Shown here: piece after piece, positions 28,759-38,923 of the stretch
Layout of the letters: every line of letters starts with the position of its first letter
Position numbering within the stretch: the stretch's first letter is position 1
Origin: Thermoflexales bacterium
GTDB taxonomy: Bacteria; Chloroflexota; Anaerolineae; J036; Brachytrichaceae
NCBI GenBank assembly: GCA_039810125.1
Contig: JBDHWI010000001.1
Location: 2,695 to 66,694, forward strand
Direction of reading: 5' to 3'
Length of the DNA: 64,000 nucleotides
Program-made: the position numbers and the translations under genes
Notes under the pieces: model-generated
The model's database searches: none
What the model was told of the DNA's origin: nothing
What the model saw: the letters and a program-made list of their open reading frames with translations, nothing else

Positions 28759-28779
28759 GCTCAGAAGGAGAAACGATGC

Positions 28780-29988
28780 TTACTGCGGTCGCTCGCCCAG
28801 CTTTACCTGAAGGTCGAGCTCTTTTCCGTCGCGCCACACGCGCAGAGTGATGGTGTCACCAGGCTTGGTGGTTTCCACCAGTCGCGCAATCAACACATCG
28901 TAATCCTTGATCGGCGTGCCGTTGAATGCGATGATCACGTCGCCGGCGACCGTCAGGTTGCCATTGCGGTCAATCGTGGCTGCGCGCAAGCCGGCTTTCT
29001 CCACGGGGCCGCCGCTTATCACCGCCAGCGGCATCACACCTTGCGTGATCGGCAGATTCAGTCCGGTCGCCTCGCCGGCGCGAATGGCGCCTTGAATGCC
29101 GAGATACGGATAGCGCACGCGGCCTTCGGATTTCAGCGCTTCAATCACGCGTTTGACGGTGTTTGAAGGGACAGCGAAGCCGATGCCGCTGTTCGAGGGC
29201 TGCCCGCTGATGCTGTTGCCGGTGCTGCGGATAGCCGTGTTCACGCCTACCACACGACCCGCTGTGTCGAGCAGCGGACCGCCAGAGTTGCCCGGGTTGA
29301 TCGCTGCGTCGGTCTGCAGAATGCTGGGGTTTGAGTAGTTGCCTGTGCCGTTGGGATCGCCTTCAGGCAGCGTGCGCCCCTTGGCGCTGATGATGCCTTC
29401 GGTCATCGTGCCGTTCAGGCCGAACGGGTTGCCAATGGCGATCACGCGCTGGCCAACCTTCACGTCATCTGAATTTGCCAGCTCTACGAAGGGCAGGTCG
29501 CTTTTCTCCACCTTCAGCAGAGCCAGGTCGCTGTAACGATCAGTGCCGACCACTGTCGCGCGCATGGTGCTGCCATCGGCAAAGGTCACATCGACACGGT
29601 CGGCCTGATCGACGACATGATTGTTGGTGATGATGTAGCCGTCGGCAGAGACGATGAAGCCGGAGCCGGAGCCGGCAGTCTGGAGACCCTGCCTGCTGTT
29701 TTGCTCGTTCGCAATTGACACCACAGCCGGGTTTGCGCGCTCATACAGATTGACGAGAACCATCTCGTCCTGATCGAACTGCACTCGCGCATTAGCCGGC
29801 AGTGCAGTAGGTGTGGGCGCAATCGCCGCCGGCGCGCTCACCCTCGTTGTTACGCCGGTGTCGGCAGTGCTCTTCACGCTGCTGCCTGACGAGTCGCCCT
29901 CCAGCAGACCCGCCAGCGGAAAATTGCCGCAACCGCTTGCCAAGACAGCAATCACGGCAAATGTTGCTAGTAATCGTTTATTCAACAT
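28780..29988 (-). CDS. htrA: HtrA/DegP-family S1C serine protease with PDZ domain (lipoprotein-type signal)
   Basis: ATG at 29988 after AGGAG. Lipobox LASGC. GNSGGPL catalytic Ser motif. C-terminal PDZ domain. Confidence 0.9.
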   Translation of the reverse strand: MLNKRLLATFAVIAVLASGCGNFPLAGLLEGDSSGSSVKSTADTGVTTRVSAPAAIAPTPTALPANARVQFDQDEMVLVNLYERANPAVVSIANEQNSRQGLQTAGSGSGFIVSADGYIITNNHVVDQADRVDVTFADGSTMRATVVGTDRYSDLALLKVEKSDLPFVELANSDDVKVGQRVIAIGNPFGLNGTMTEGIISAKGRTLPEGDPNGTGNYSNPSILQTDAAINPGNSGGPLLDTAGRVVGVNTAIRSTGNSISGQPSNSGIGFAVPSNTVKRVIEALKSEGRVRYPYLGIQGAIRAGEATGLNLPITQGVMPLAVISGGPVEKAGLRAATIDRNGNLTVAGDVIIAFNGTPIKDYDVLIARLVETTKPGDTITLRVWRDGKELDLQVKLGERPQ

Positions 29989-30112
29989 CGTGTCTCCTAT
30001 AATCCATACGCATGTTGCTGCGTCACACCTGATCATCGCTGCAATCGGTTAGTTAATCCTGATTGCAACCTAAACGTGTGGCAAGCGCGGGATTGCGAAA
30101 CCGCAACACTCA

Positions 30113-31381
30113 ATGACTGCATACGCCGACCCTCTTGACCGCCGCGATGGCTGGCGCGCGCTTTGGCAAGTGATCGCCGGCGATGCGATGGTGTTCGCCT
30201 TGTGCCTATTGGTTGGCGCGGGATTGCTGGCATCATCGCTGCTGCCGCAATCGCCGGCTGCCGGCACCGCCGACCCCGTGCTGTTCAGCCAATGGGAAGC
30301 CTTTGCGCGGCTGCGCGAAGGGGCGCTGTTCAATCTGCTCAATGGGCTGGAATTGAACATGGCGCTGCGCGCTGGTTGGTGGCGTCTGGCACTCGCTCTG
30401 CTTGCAGCAGTGTGCAGCTTGCGCCTGTTCGACCGCATCGTTCGCCTCATTGCTGCGCGCCGGCAAAACACCGCCCTGCGTGATGAGACGCGGCGGCGCG
30501 TGGCGCAGGAAGCGCCACCCCTCGCTGCGCTGGCTGCGCGCCTTGACGGGATGGGCTTTCGCGTGGTGCAGTCGAGCGAGGATATGCTGCTGGCCGACCG
30601 CGCGCCCTGGGCGGAGATGCTCTCTATTATGCTGCACACCGGCGTGCTGTTGGCTTGCGTCGGTCTGATGCTGAATGCGGCGTTTGGCTGGGAAGCGCAG
30701 AACCGCGCGCTGCAAGCCGGCGTCGTCACTGCCCTGCCCGATGGCTATGCGTTGATGTTGAATGAAGACGCGAATCAAGCCGGCTCGCAACTGATCTTGC
30801 AACGCGGTGAAACAACGGTCGCAACCCTGCCATTGCAGAGCGGCAATGCCAACGGCATCCACCTTGCACTGCGACAAATTACGCCCGGCTATCGCATCAG
30901 CGCGATGGCGAAAGACGCGCAGCCGCTGTTGATTCGCGCATCAAATTTTGTCTCTCCCACTACCGAGGTGTTGCTCAATCTCACCGAAGCCAGCCCAGAG
31001 CAATACGTGGCGCTGCCGGATGCGCGGATGGCGCTGGCGGTCAGCGCCGGCGCAACCCCCGACCAGCCGACGCGCGTGCGGGTGTTTGCGCTGCCGTCAG
31101 GCAAGGTGATAACCGAGACGATGATGCAATCGCAACTGGTGATCGGCGATGTGATTTTTGAATTCAAGCCGGCGCGCGGCGCGGTGGTCGATGCCGCGTT
31201 TGCGCCGGGCAATTGGCTGATCTACGCCGGTTTACTGATCGCGCTGGTCGGTTTTGCCGGGGCATTGCTGCGACCCATGCAGCGCATCCTTGTGCAGCAT
31301 CATGGCCATTGGACTGAGTTCTATGCCGATGGGCGTGGCGCGCGCGACGTGATCAATAAACTGCTCGCAGCGCCAGAATGA
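30113..31381 (+). CDS. ResB/Ccs1-like cytochrome c biogenesis family membrane protein
   Basis: The N-terminal TM, a second TM after ~60 aa, a large soluble domain and a C-terminal TM match ResB topology. The sequence resemblance is modest. Confidence 0.5.
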   Translation: MTAYADPLDRRDGWRALWQVIAGDAMVFALCLLVGAGLLASSLLPQSPAAGTADPVLFSQWEAFARLREGALFNLLNGLELNMALRAGWWRLALALLAAVCSLRLFDRIVRLIAARRQNTALRDETRRRVAQEAPPLAALAARLDGMGFRVVQSSEDMLLADRAPWAEMLSIMLHTGVLLACVGLMLNAAFGWEAQNRALQAGVVTALPDGYALMLNEDANQAGSQLILQRGETTVATLPLQSGNANGIHLALRQITPGYRISAMAKDAQPLLIRASNFVSPTTEVLLNLTEASPEQYVALPDARMALAVSAGATPDQPTRVRVFALPSGKVITETMMQSQLVIGDVIFEFKPARGAVVDAAFAPGNWLIYAGLLIALVGFAGALLRPMQRILVQHHGHWTEFYADGRGARDVINKLLAAPE

Positions 31382-32034
31382 TTGCCGTGAAAAGATCAAT
31401 GGCGCATACGCGCGCAGCCCAGCTGATAAAAATGAATCTTGAACCGGACCTGACTTTTGCCGAGGTGATTGCAGAGCAGATCGACGAGTATGTGCATGTC
31501 GAAGTGCTGTACTTCCCCGTCGGCAGTATGCGCGGGATGCAGATGCCGCAGGTGACTGTTGGCAATTGGTTGGAGACCGAATGGCGGTTGAATGCGTTGC
31601 GCGTGCAAGACTCAGTGCGCATCGACGAGGCGCTGGCGAAGGCGCGCAATGAGGTGCGGCGCGTACGCAATCGCGCCGGCGAGCTATATATCAACAAAGC
31701 GCGCCGTGAATTCAAGAGCCGGCTTGATACGTGGGAGTTTGTTCTCCGCGACGACGATGATGTGAAACGCAGCGCAAAGCCCATCAACGTGAGCGCGGCC
31801 TACGCTTCACAGGTGCATATGCGCTTGAAGCTGGAGTTATTGCAAGGAGATGTGTCGCAGTTGGCCGGTCAGCTAGCGCGCCTGCGCATGGCGGATGGCC
31901 TGTTGCGCACGCGCTTCACACCGGGCGCGTTCGTATGGGAGCCGGAATTGGCGCACGCCGCGCCGGCAGATAAATGGTGGTGGTTGTATGCAGCTACGGC
32001 GCAACCACGATCTGACCTTCCAGAACGCCATTGA
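31378..32034 (+). CDS. hypothetical protein, translationally coupled to the ResB-like gene
   Basis: ATGA start/stop overlap at 31378-31381. Charged, coiled-coil-prone sequence with no motif I recognise. The 3' end overlaps the convergent adaptor gene by 41 nt. Confidence 0.45.
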   Translation: MIAVKRSMAHTRAAQLIKMNLEPDLTFAEVIAEQIDEYVHVEVLYFPVGSMRGMQMPQVTVGNWLETEWRLNALRVQDSVRIDEALAKARNEVRRVRNRAGELYINKARREFKSRLDTWEFVLRDDDDVKRSAKPINVSAAYASQVHMRLKLELLQGDVSQLAGQLARLRMADGLLRTRFTPGAFVWEPELAHAAPADKWWWLYAATAQPRSDLPERH

Positions 32035-33331
32035 GAATTTCCACGCGGTCTTCGCCCTGCAAGCCAATCTTCACGTCAGCGCGGCGCTCGCCTTCGGGGT
32101 CGCGCACGACGACGAAGCGCCGGCCCTGAAAATTGCGCAGCGCCTGCGGCGGCAGCCATAGCGTGTTGTCCTTGCGATCAGTCACGATCGTCACGCGCGC
32201 CAGATCGCCTGCCTCCATCTCGGCATCTGCGTCCTGGATGGCGATGCGCACCGAGCGATCGGTGGCAGTGGCAGCTGCGCCAGTTTGTGGCAGGCGGCGC
32301 ACTTCGCCGCTGAACACCTTGCCCGGTACGCTGTTCAATGTCACCGACACACTTTGACCGACGGCAATTTCGGCAAGCCGGCTCTGGCTCAGCTCCGCTG
32401 CTGCCTCCAAGCCCCCGGGCTTTGCCACGATCACCACTGGATCGAAGGCATTTACGTTCTTGCCAACGGCCAGGCTCTCGCTGGAGATGCGACCATCAAA
32501 TGGCGCGACGATCTGCATGCGCGCGAGTTGCGCCTCCAGTCGCTCCAGCGCCAGCTTGCCCACGTCCACCGCGCGCTGCAAGGCTGGATCGATGCTATTG
32601 TCGATGCGATCGATGGCGAGCTTTGCGCGCTCAACATCCTTGGCCAGGATGCTCACATCGAATTGGTGCGTGACCTGCTGCTGTAGCAGGTTCTGGTGAT
32701 CGGACTTGGCGCGCGCAAGCTGGATTTGCGCATCCATGACCATCTTCTCGAAACCGGGGATCATCTCCTTGTCCGCCGGCGTGCTGCGCGCCGAGGCGAG
32801 GCCGGCATTTGCGTCGTTCAGCGCGCGCTCGGCGCGGGTAATTTCGGCTTTTGCCAGTTCAATCTGGGGGCCAAAATCCTTGTCGCGCGCCTGCTGCACC
32901 CGCAATTGCGCCACTTCCAGATCGAGTTGCGCAGCGCGCAGGGTCTCGGTGTAGTTCTGCAGCGTGCGCGACAGCGCGGATTGTGCAGTGATGTATTCGA
33001 TGCGCGCCTGCTCGATCTGATTCTTCAGGTCGCTGGTATCCAGTTCAGCCAGCACATCGCCTTGTTTCACTTCGTCGCCGACCTGCACGTTGGCTTTGGC
33101 GATGCGGCCATCCACTTCAAATGCCAGCGGCTCGTCTTCGACTGCCTGCACGCGGGCGAGGAATTCGATCTTGCGCTGGACCTCGCCGCGCTCGACGGTA
33201 TAGGTGGGCTGGCGCGGCACCAACGCGGTGGGGATGGCGGTGGGTGTGGGTTGTGCCGGCTGATTCGGCGCGCTGCACGCTGCCAGCGCCAACCCGCATG
33301 CGATCAGCGGAGTCACGAATGAATGCTTCAT
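31994..33331 (-). CDS. HlyD/MacA-type periplasmic adaptor (membrane fusion) lipoprotein
   Basis: ATG at 33331. Lipobox LAACS. Lipoyl-like VQVGDEVKQGDVLAELD, a long coiled-coil hairpin, and a VAPFDGRI beta-barrel motif. Confidence 0.8.
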   Translation of the reverse strand: MKHSFVTPLIACGLALAACSAPNQPAQPTPTAIPTALVPRQPTYTVERGEVQRKIEFLARVQAVEDEPLAFEVDGRIAKANVQVGDEVKQGDVLAELDTSDLKNQIEQARIEYITAQSALSRTLQNYTETLRAAQLDLEVAQLRVQQARDKDFGPQIELAKAEITRAERALNDANAGLASARSTPADKEMIPGFEKMVMDAQIQLARAKSDHQNLLQQQVTHQFDVSILAKDVERAKLAIDRIDNSIDPALQRAVDVGKLALERLEAQLARMQIVAPFDGRISSESLAVGKNVNAFDPVVIVAKPGGLEAAAELSQSRLAEIAVGQSVSVTLNSVPGKVFSGEVRRLPQTGAAATATDRSVRIAIQDADAEMEAGDLARVTIVTDRKDNTLWLPPQALRNFQGRRFVVVRDPEGERRADVKIGLQGEDRVEILNGVLEGQIVVAP

Positions 33332-33421
33332 GTCAGATGAATATCTATATGGTTTCTTTCCCGCAAAAACGCAAGGCCGCACAGGTTTCTGGCGCCTCGC
33401 ATTTTTACGAGAAGTAATGCA

Positions 33422-36328
33422 TCACACTGCGCCCAGTTTGATGGCCTCAAAGGCTTTCAGCCGGCGCAACGACACCAGCATGATCGCCAGCGCAATCGCC
33501 AGCGCCACCGCCAACGACGCGTAGATCAACAGCAGGTCGCGCCATGCGATGCGCACGACGAATGGCGGGATGGTGTTTGCCAGTGAGCCGCCGACTTGCA
33601 TGAACGGGATGAACAACTGACTGACCAGCACGCCCAACAGGCTGCCGGCCAGCGCGCCAAGGCCGATCAAGAGCGCCTGTTCCAACGCGATGAAGAAGCC
33701 CATCTGCCAGGCTGAAAGGCCGACAGTGCGCAACATGCCAAGCTGGATGCGCCGGCTGCGAAAGGTGATGACTGCCGACAACACGAAGCCGACCATCGTC
33801 AGGAGTGATGCCGCGATGAAGCCGGCAGACAGCAGCCCAAACAGGCCGCGCCGCTCTGGTTGCACTTGCGCCTCGCGAATCGCAACGCGGGTGTCCTCGC
33901 CGTTGACGACGAGGAAGCCGAGTGAGCCGGCTTGGTCGGCGATCTTGTTCAAATCGGCATCCGGCGTCACCGCCAGCAACACATCGTATTGCACTGCCGT
34001 GCCAAGATTCTCGAAGATGTAGTCGAGGTTCGCCACGAAGATGTCGCGTTGCTCCTCTGGGTTGGCATGCGGGAACATGTCAAATGTGCCGGCGACAGTG
34101 AAGCTGATGGGCTGCGCCGGCAGACCGGTCGAGCTTACGTTCATGTTCAGCGGCTCGCCGATGCGCAAGTTGTTGCGCGCCAGAAAATCGCGCTGCACCA
34201 ACAGTGCGCTGGGGTTGACGGCCAACGTGTTCATCAACGCGCCGAGTGGTTGCGGCGAGAAGTCCTCGCGGAAGTAGGCCGTCTGCTGAAAGTCGACGCG
34301 ATCCACACCGATGAGCACACTCTTCTCGGCCACATCGCGCGCTTGCGGCTGCGCCATATATTCGCCCACGCGCGCCGCGCCGCGCACTCCTGGAATGCGC
34401 AGATGTTCCTGCACCGGCACGAAGGTGTAATACAGCGGCTCTTCTTCGGCAACGTCATCTGCCGGCGCCTGCACGTTTGAATCCGGCGCGCCCTGCATGG
34501 AGAACGGGGTGCTGATCTTCGACGGATCGCCCATCTCGATCAGCCGGATGTCTGCGCCGTTGCGGAAATATAACGAATCGCTGAGGTGGCGGTCGAGCGT
34601 GAGTGCGATGGACGAACTGAACACAGCAAGCCCCATGGTGAAGATCAGCAGCAGCAGCGGACCGAGATAGACCGCCGGCGCGCGCGCAAGGCTGCGCAGG
34701 GTGAGCAGCGTGGATGTGCCGAGCGGCAGCCGGCCAGCCAGCGCCGCAAGCGCGCGCATGATCCATGGGAAGAAACGCACCAGCAACAGCGCCGTCGCCG
34801 CCAGCATGAATACCGGCGCAAGAAAGCGCACTGGATCGGAGAATGGATCCGCGGCGCGGCGCGCGTCGGTTGCCAGCAAAATACCGCCCGATTGCTTCAG
34901 TTGGAAATACACGTAGATCGCTGCGATCAGCAGCAATACATCGAGGAAGGCGCGCTGCCACAGCGGCGCGCGTATGCTGCGCGCCTGCGATGAGCGATAG
35001 GAGACGATGTTGCGGCGGGCAGCGGCGATGGCCGGCAGCAGCGCAGCCAGCAGCGCGATGACCGATGCGGCGATGCCAAAGCGAATGGACTGGTTGTTCA
35101 CGCCAACCGTCAACGCCACGTTCGGCGCGAGGGTGAGGAATGAGGTGAGCCGCGTCATGAGCGAGGCCAGCCCATAGCCGGCTGCCAACCCCAATCCAAG
35201 GCCCACCAATCCTACAAAGAGCATTTCGATGAAATACAGCACGGCAATGGCGAAGGTGGATGCGCCGCGGCTGCGCAGCACGGCGATCTCGCCAGACTGC
35301 TCGCGCACCACCATGCCGGACACCATCGCCACGAAATACAGCACCACTGCCAGCAATGGCACGCTGAAGACAGTGAGCAACAAGGTTAGCTCATTCGTCG
35401 CGGTGATGTAGCGACGCAAGGCGTTGTTGGGTGAGACGCGCAGGGCGAGGCCTGTGCGTGCGTTGGTCAACTCGGTGGAGAGCCGGCTCAGCCGACCCAG
35501 CATTGGCAGCACGGCCTCAGTGTCGAGCCGGCTGCCATCCGCAAGGAAATACCACAGGCCGAGTTCAACATCCTGCTTGATCTTTGGCGCGACCTGATTG
35601 ACATACGTTTCAGGCGTGACCAGCAGGTTGTCGCCCAGCGCATCGGGGCGATAGAACCAGAAACTGTCCTCAGGATCCTTTTCAGCCCAGATGCCGGTGA
35701 TGCGCACCTTCTGCTGGATGGGTTCTTCGCCGCGCACAGATGGGCCGTAGAGGATGTAATCTTCGCCGGCCTGAACGCCGACGGTGTTCGCCATCTCGAC
35801 GTAGGCGAGCGCCTCAATCACATCATCGTTGCGCTGTTTCGGCATCTCGCCGAACACTTGGATCTTGTCTTCAATGCCGGGCAGCGTGCCGATGCTCATC
35901 CAGTCGAGCTGGGTGTTGGCATTGGCATATTGCGAGGCTTTGGCGGCGGGGAAAAGACGAAACTTGTTGGTGTGGATGTACTTGACTGTCTGCGTGATGG
36001 GCAGGCCGATGGCGGCCGGCACGCGCTGCGAGACGAACGCATCGTCCTTGAGGTAATCCTCGTAATCGATTTGCCCGCTGATGGAACCGTAATATGCGAC
36101 GACGAAGGCGAAAGGCGGCAAGCGCTGATTTTGCTCAGTATTTTCAATCCGCTGCTGCAACACGCGCAGTTGTACGGCATTGCTGAACATGGGGATGGCC
36201 GACGCCAGCATGACCGCAACCGCGACGCCGAGCGTGAGCGCAGCAGCCAGTCCCAACTGGCTGAACAACCGTTTGAAGGAGAGGCGAATCAGGCCGGCGA
36301 AGCGCGCAACCGCAGAGAGTACGTTCAT
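33422..36328 (-). CDS. large double-FtsX-domain ABC transporter permease (MacB-like, no ATPase domain)
   Basis: ATG at 36328. Two FtsX-type 4-TM modules (GEIAVLRSRGAS... and RRIQLGMLRTVGLS...), each preceded by a large extracytoplasmic domain. Confidence 0.8.
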   Translation of the reverse strand: MNVLSAVARFAGLIRLSFKRLFSQLGLAAALTLGVAVAVMLASAIPMFSNAVQLRVLQQRIENTEQNQRLPPFAFVVAYYGSISGQIDYEDYLKDDAFVSQRVPAAIGLPITQTVKYIHTNKFRLFPAAKASQYANANTQLDWMSIGTLPGIEDKIQVFGEMPKQRNDDVIEALAYVEMANTVGVQAGEDYILYGPSVRGEEPIQQKVRITGIWAEKDPEDSFWFYRPDALGDNLLVTPETYVNQVAPKIKQDVELGLWYFLADGSRLDTEAVLPMLGRLSRLSTELTNARTGLALRVSPNNALRRYITATNELTLLLTVFSVPLLAVVLYFVAMVSGMVVREQSGEIAVLRSRGASTFAIAVLYFIEMLFVGLVGLGLGLAAGYGLASLMTRLTSFLTLAPNVALTVGVNNQSIRFGIAASVIALLAALLPAIAAARRNIVSYRSSQARSIRAPLWQRAFLDVLLLIAAIYVYFQLKQSGGILLATDARRAADPFSDPVRFLAPVFMLAATALLLVRFFPWIMRALAALAGRLPLGTSTLLTLRSLARAPAVYLGPLLLLIFTMGLAVFSSSIALTLDRHLSDSLYFRNGADIRLIEMGDPSKISTPFSMQGAPDSNVQAPADDVAEEEPLYYTFVPVQEHLRIPGVRGAARVGEYMAQPQARDVAEKSVLIGVDRVDFQQTAYFREDFSPQPLGALMNTLAVNPSALLVQRDFLARNNLRIGEPLNMNVSSTGLPAQPISFTVAGTFDMFPHANPEEQRDIFVANLDYIFENLGTAVQYDVLLAVTPDADLNKIADQAGSLGFLVVNGEDTRVAIREAQVQPERRGLFGLLSAGFIAASLLTMVGFVLSAVITFRSRRIQLGMLRTVGLSAWQMGFFIALEQALLIGLGALAGSLLGVLVSQLFIPFMQVGGSLANTIPPFVVRIAWRDLLLIYASLAVALAIALAIMLVSLRRLKAFEAIKLGAV

Positions 36329-36526
36329 CGAACGAATGCATTGTAGCCAAATCACCTGAAAGTCAAAAGCGCAAAACGCAGGACAATCGCGCGTGGTGAG
36401 TAGTTGTAAACCGCACATGTGCAATGACCAAATCGTCCGCAATTCCCATCGGCGATAGCCTTGGACGCGGAACGTTGGGATCATTGTTTTGCACTCTGCG
36501 CTCTAGTATCTCGCTCTGTTGCCCTC

Positions 36527-36553
36527 TTGACACTCTCGAGCCGAGTGTGCTAA
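36527..36553. promoter_or_regulatory. degenerate CIRCE-like inverted repeat overlapping the promoter
   Basis: TTGACACTC-N9-GTGTGCTAA versus consensus TTAGCACTC-N9-GAGTGCTAA (7/9 and 8/9 matches). Confidence 0.4.
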
Positions 36554-36556
36554 CAT
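36527..36556 (+). promoter_or_regulatory. candidate sigma-70-type groESL promoter
   Basis: TTGACA (36527-36532), N18, TAACAT (36551-36556), about 115 nt upstream of groES. Confidence 0.45.
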
Positions 36557-36568
36557 CGCGCACGAGCG

Positions 36569-36595
36569 TTAGCACTGTCGATGTTCAAGTGCCAG
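36569..36595. promoter_or_regulatory. CIRCE-like (HrcA-type) operator in the groES leader
   Basis: TTAGCACTG-N9-AAGTGCCAG. The core GCACT-N11-AGTGC has canonical spacing (8/9 and 6/9 matches). Confidence 0.55.
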
Positions 36596-36672
36596 CGCTT
36601 CATTCATGTCCCGTGCCGATGGTGTGGGCGTGCAAAACAAAATCAAACAAACGTTGAGTCTGGAGGAACAAC

Positions 36673-38714
<2,042 letters not shown>

Positions 38715-38727
38715 ATTGCAGTGTCTC

Positions 38728-38760
38728 CAGAGGCGCATCGATCTTGCATCTGCGCCTCTG
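38728..38760 (+). terminator. stem-loop after groEL (terminator-like, weak U-tract)
   Basis: CAGAGGCGCA / TGCGCCTCTG forms a 10-bp perfect stem with a 13-nt loop, 14 nt after the groEL stop. Confidence 0.4.
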
Positions 38761-38923
38761 TCACACGTCTCTTCGCCTTGGCGAGGATGTCCCACTTGGG
38801 CCGGCGTTGCAGCCGGCCTTTGTTGTTTTCACAATAGGGATCGGAGAGCTTTGGTGCGCTTCGACCCCTGTGATTGCCTCCACCGTTTGCATCGGCGAGG
38901 CTTGCAGCGCACAATCCTCTTCT

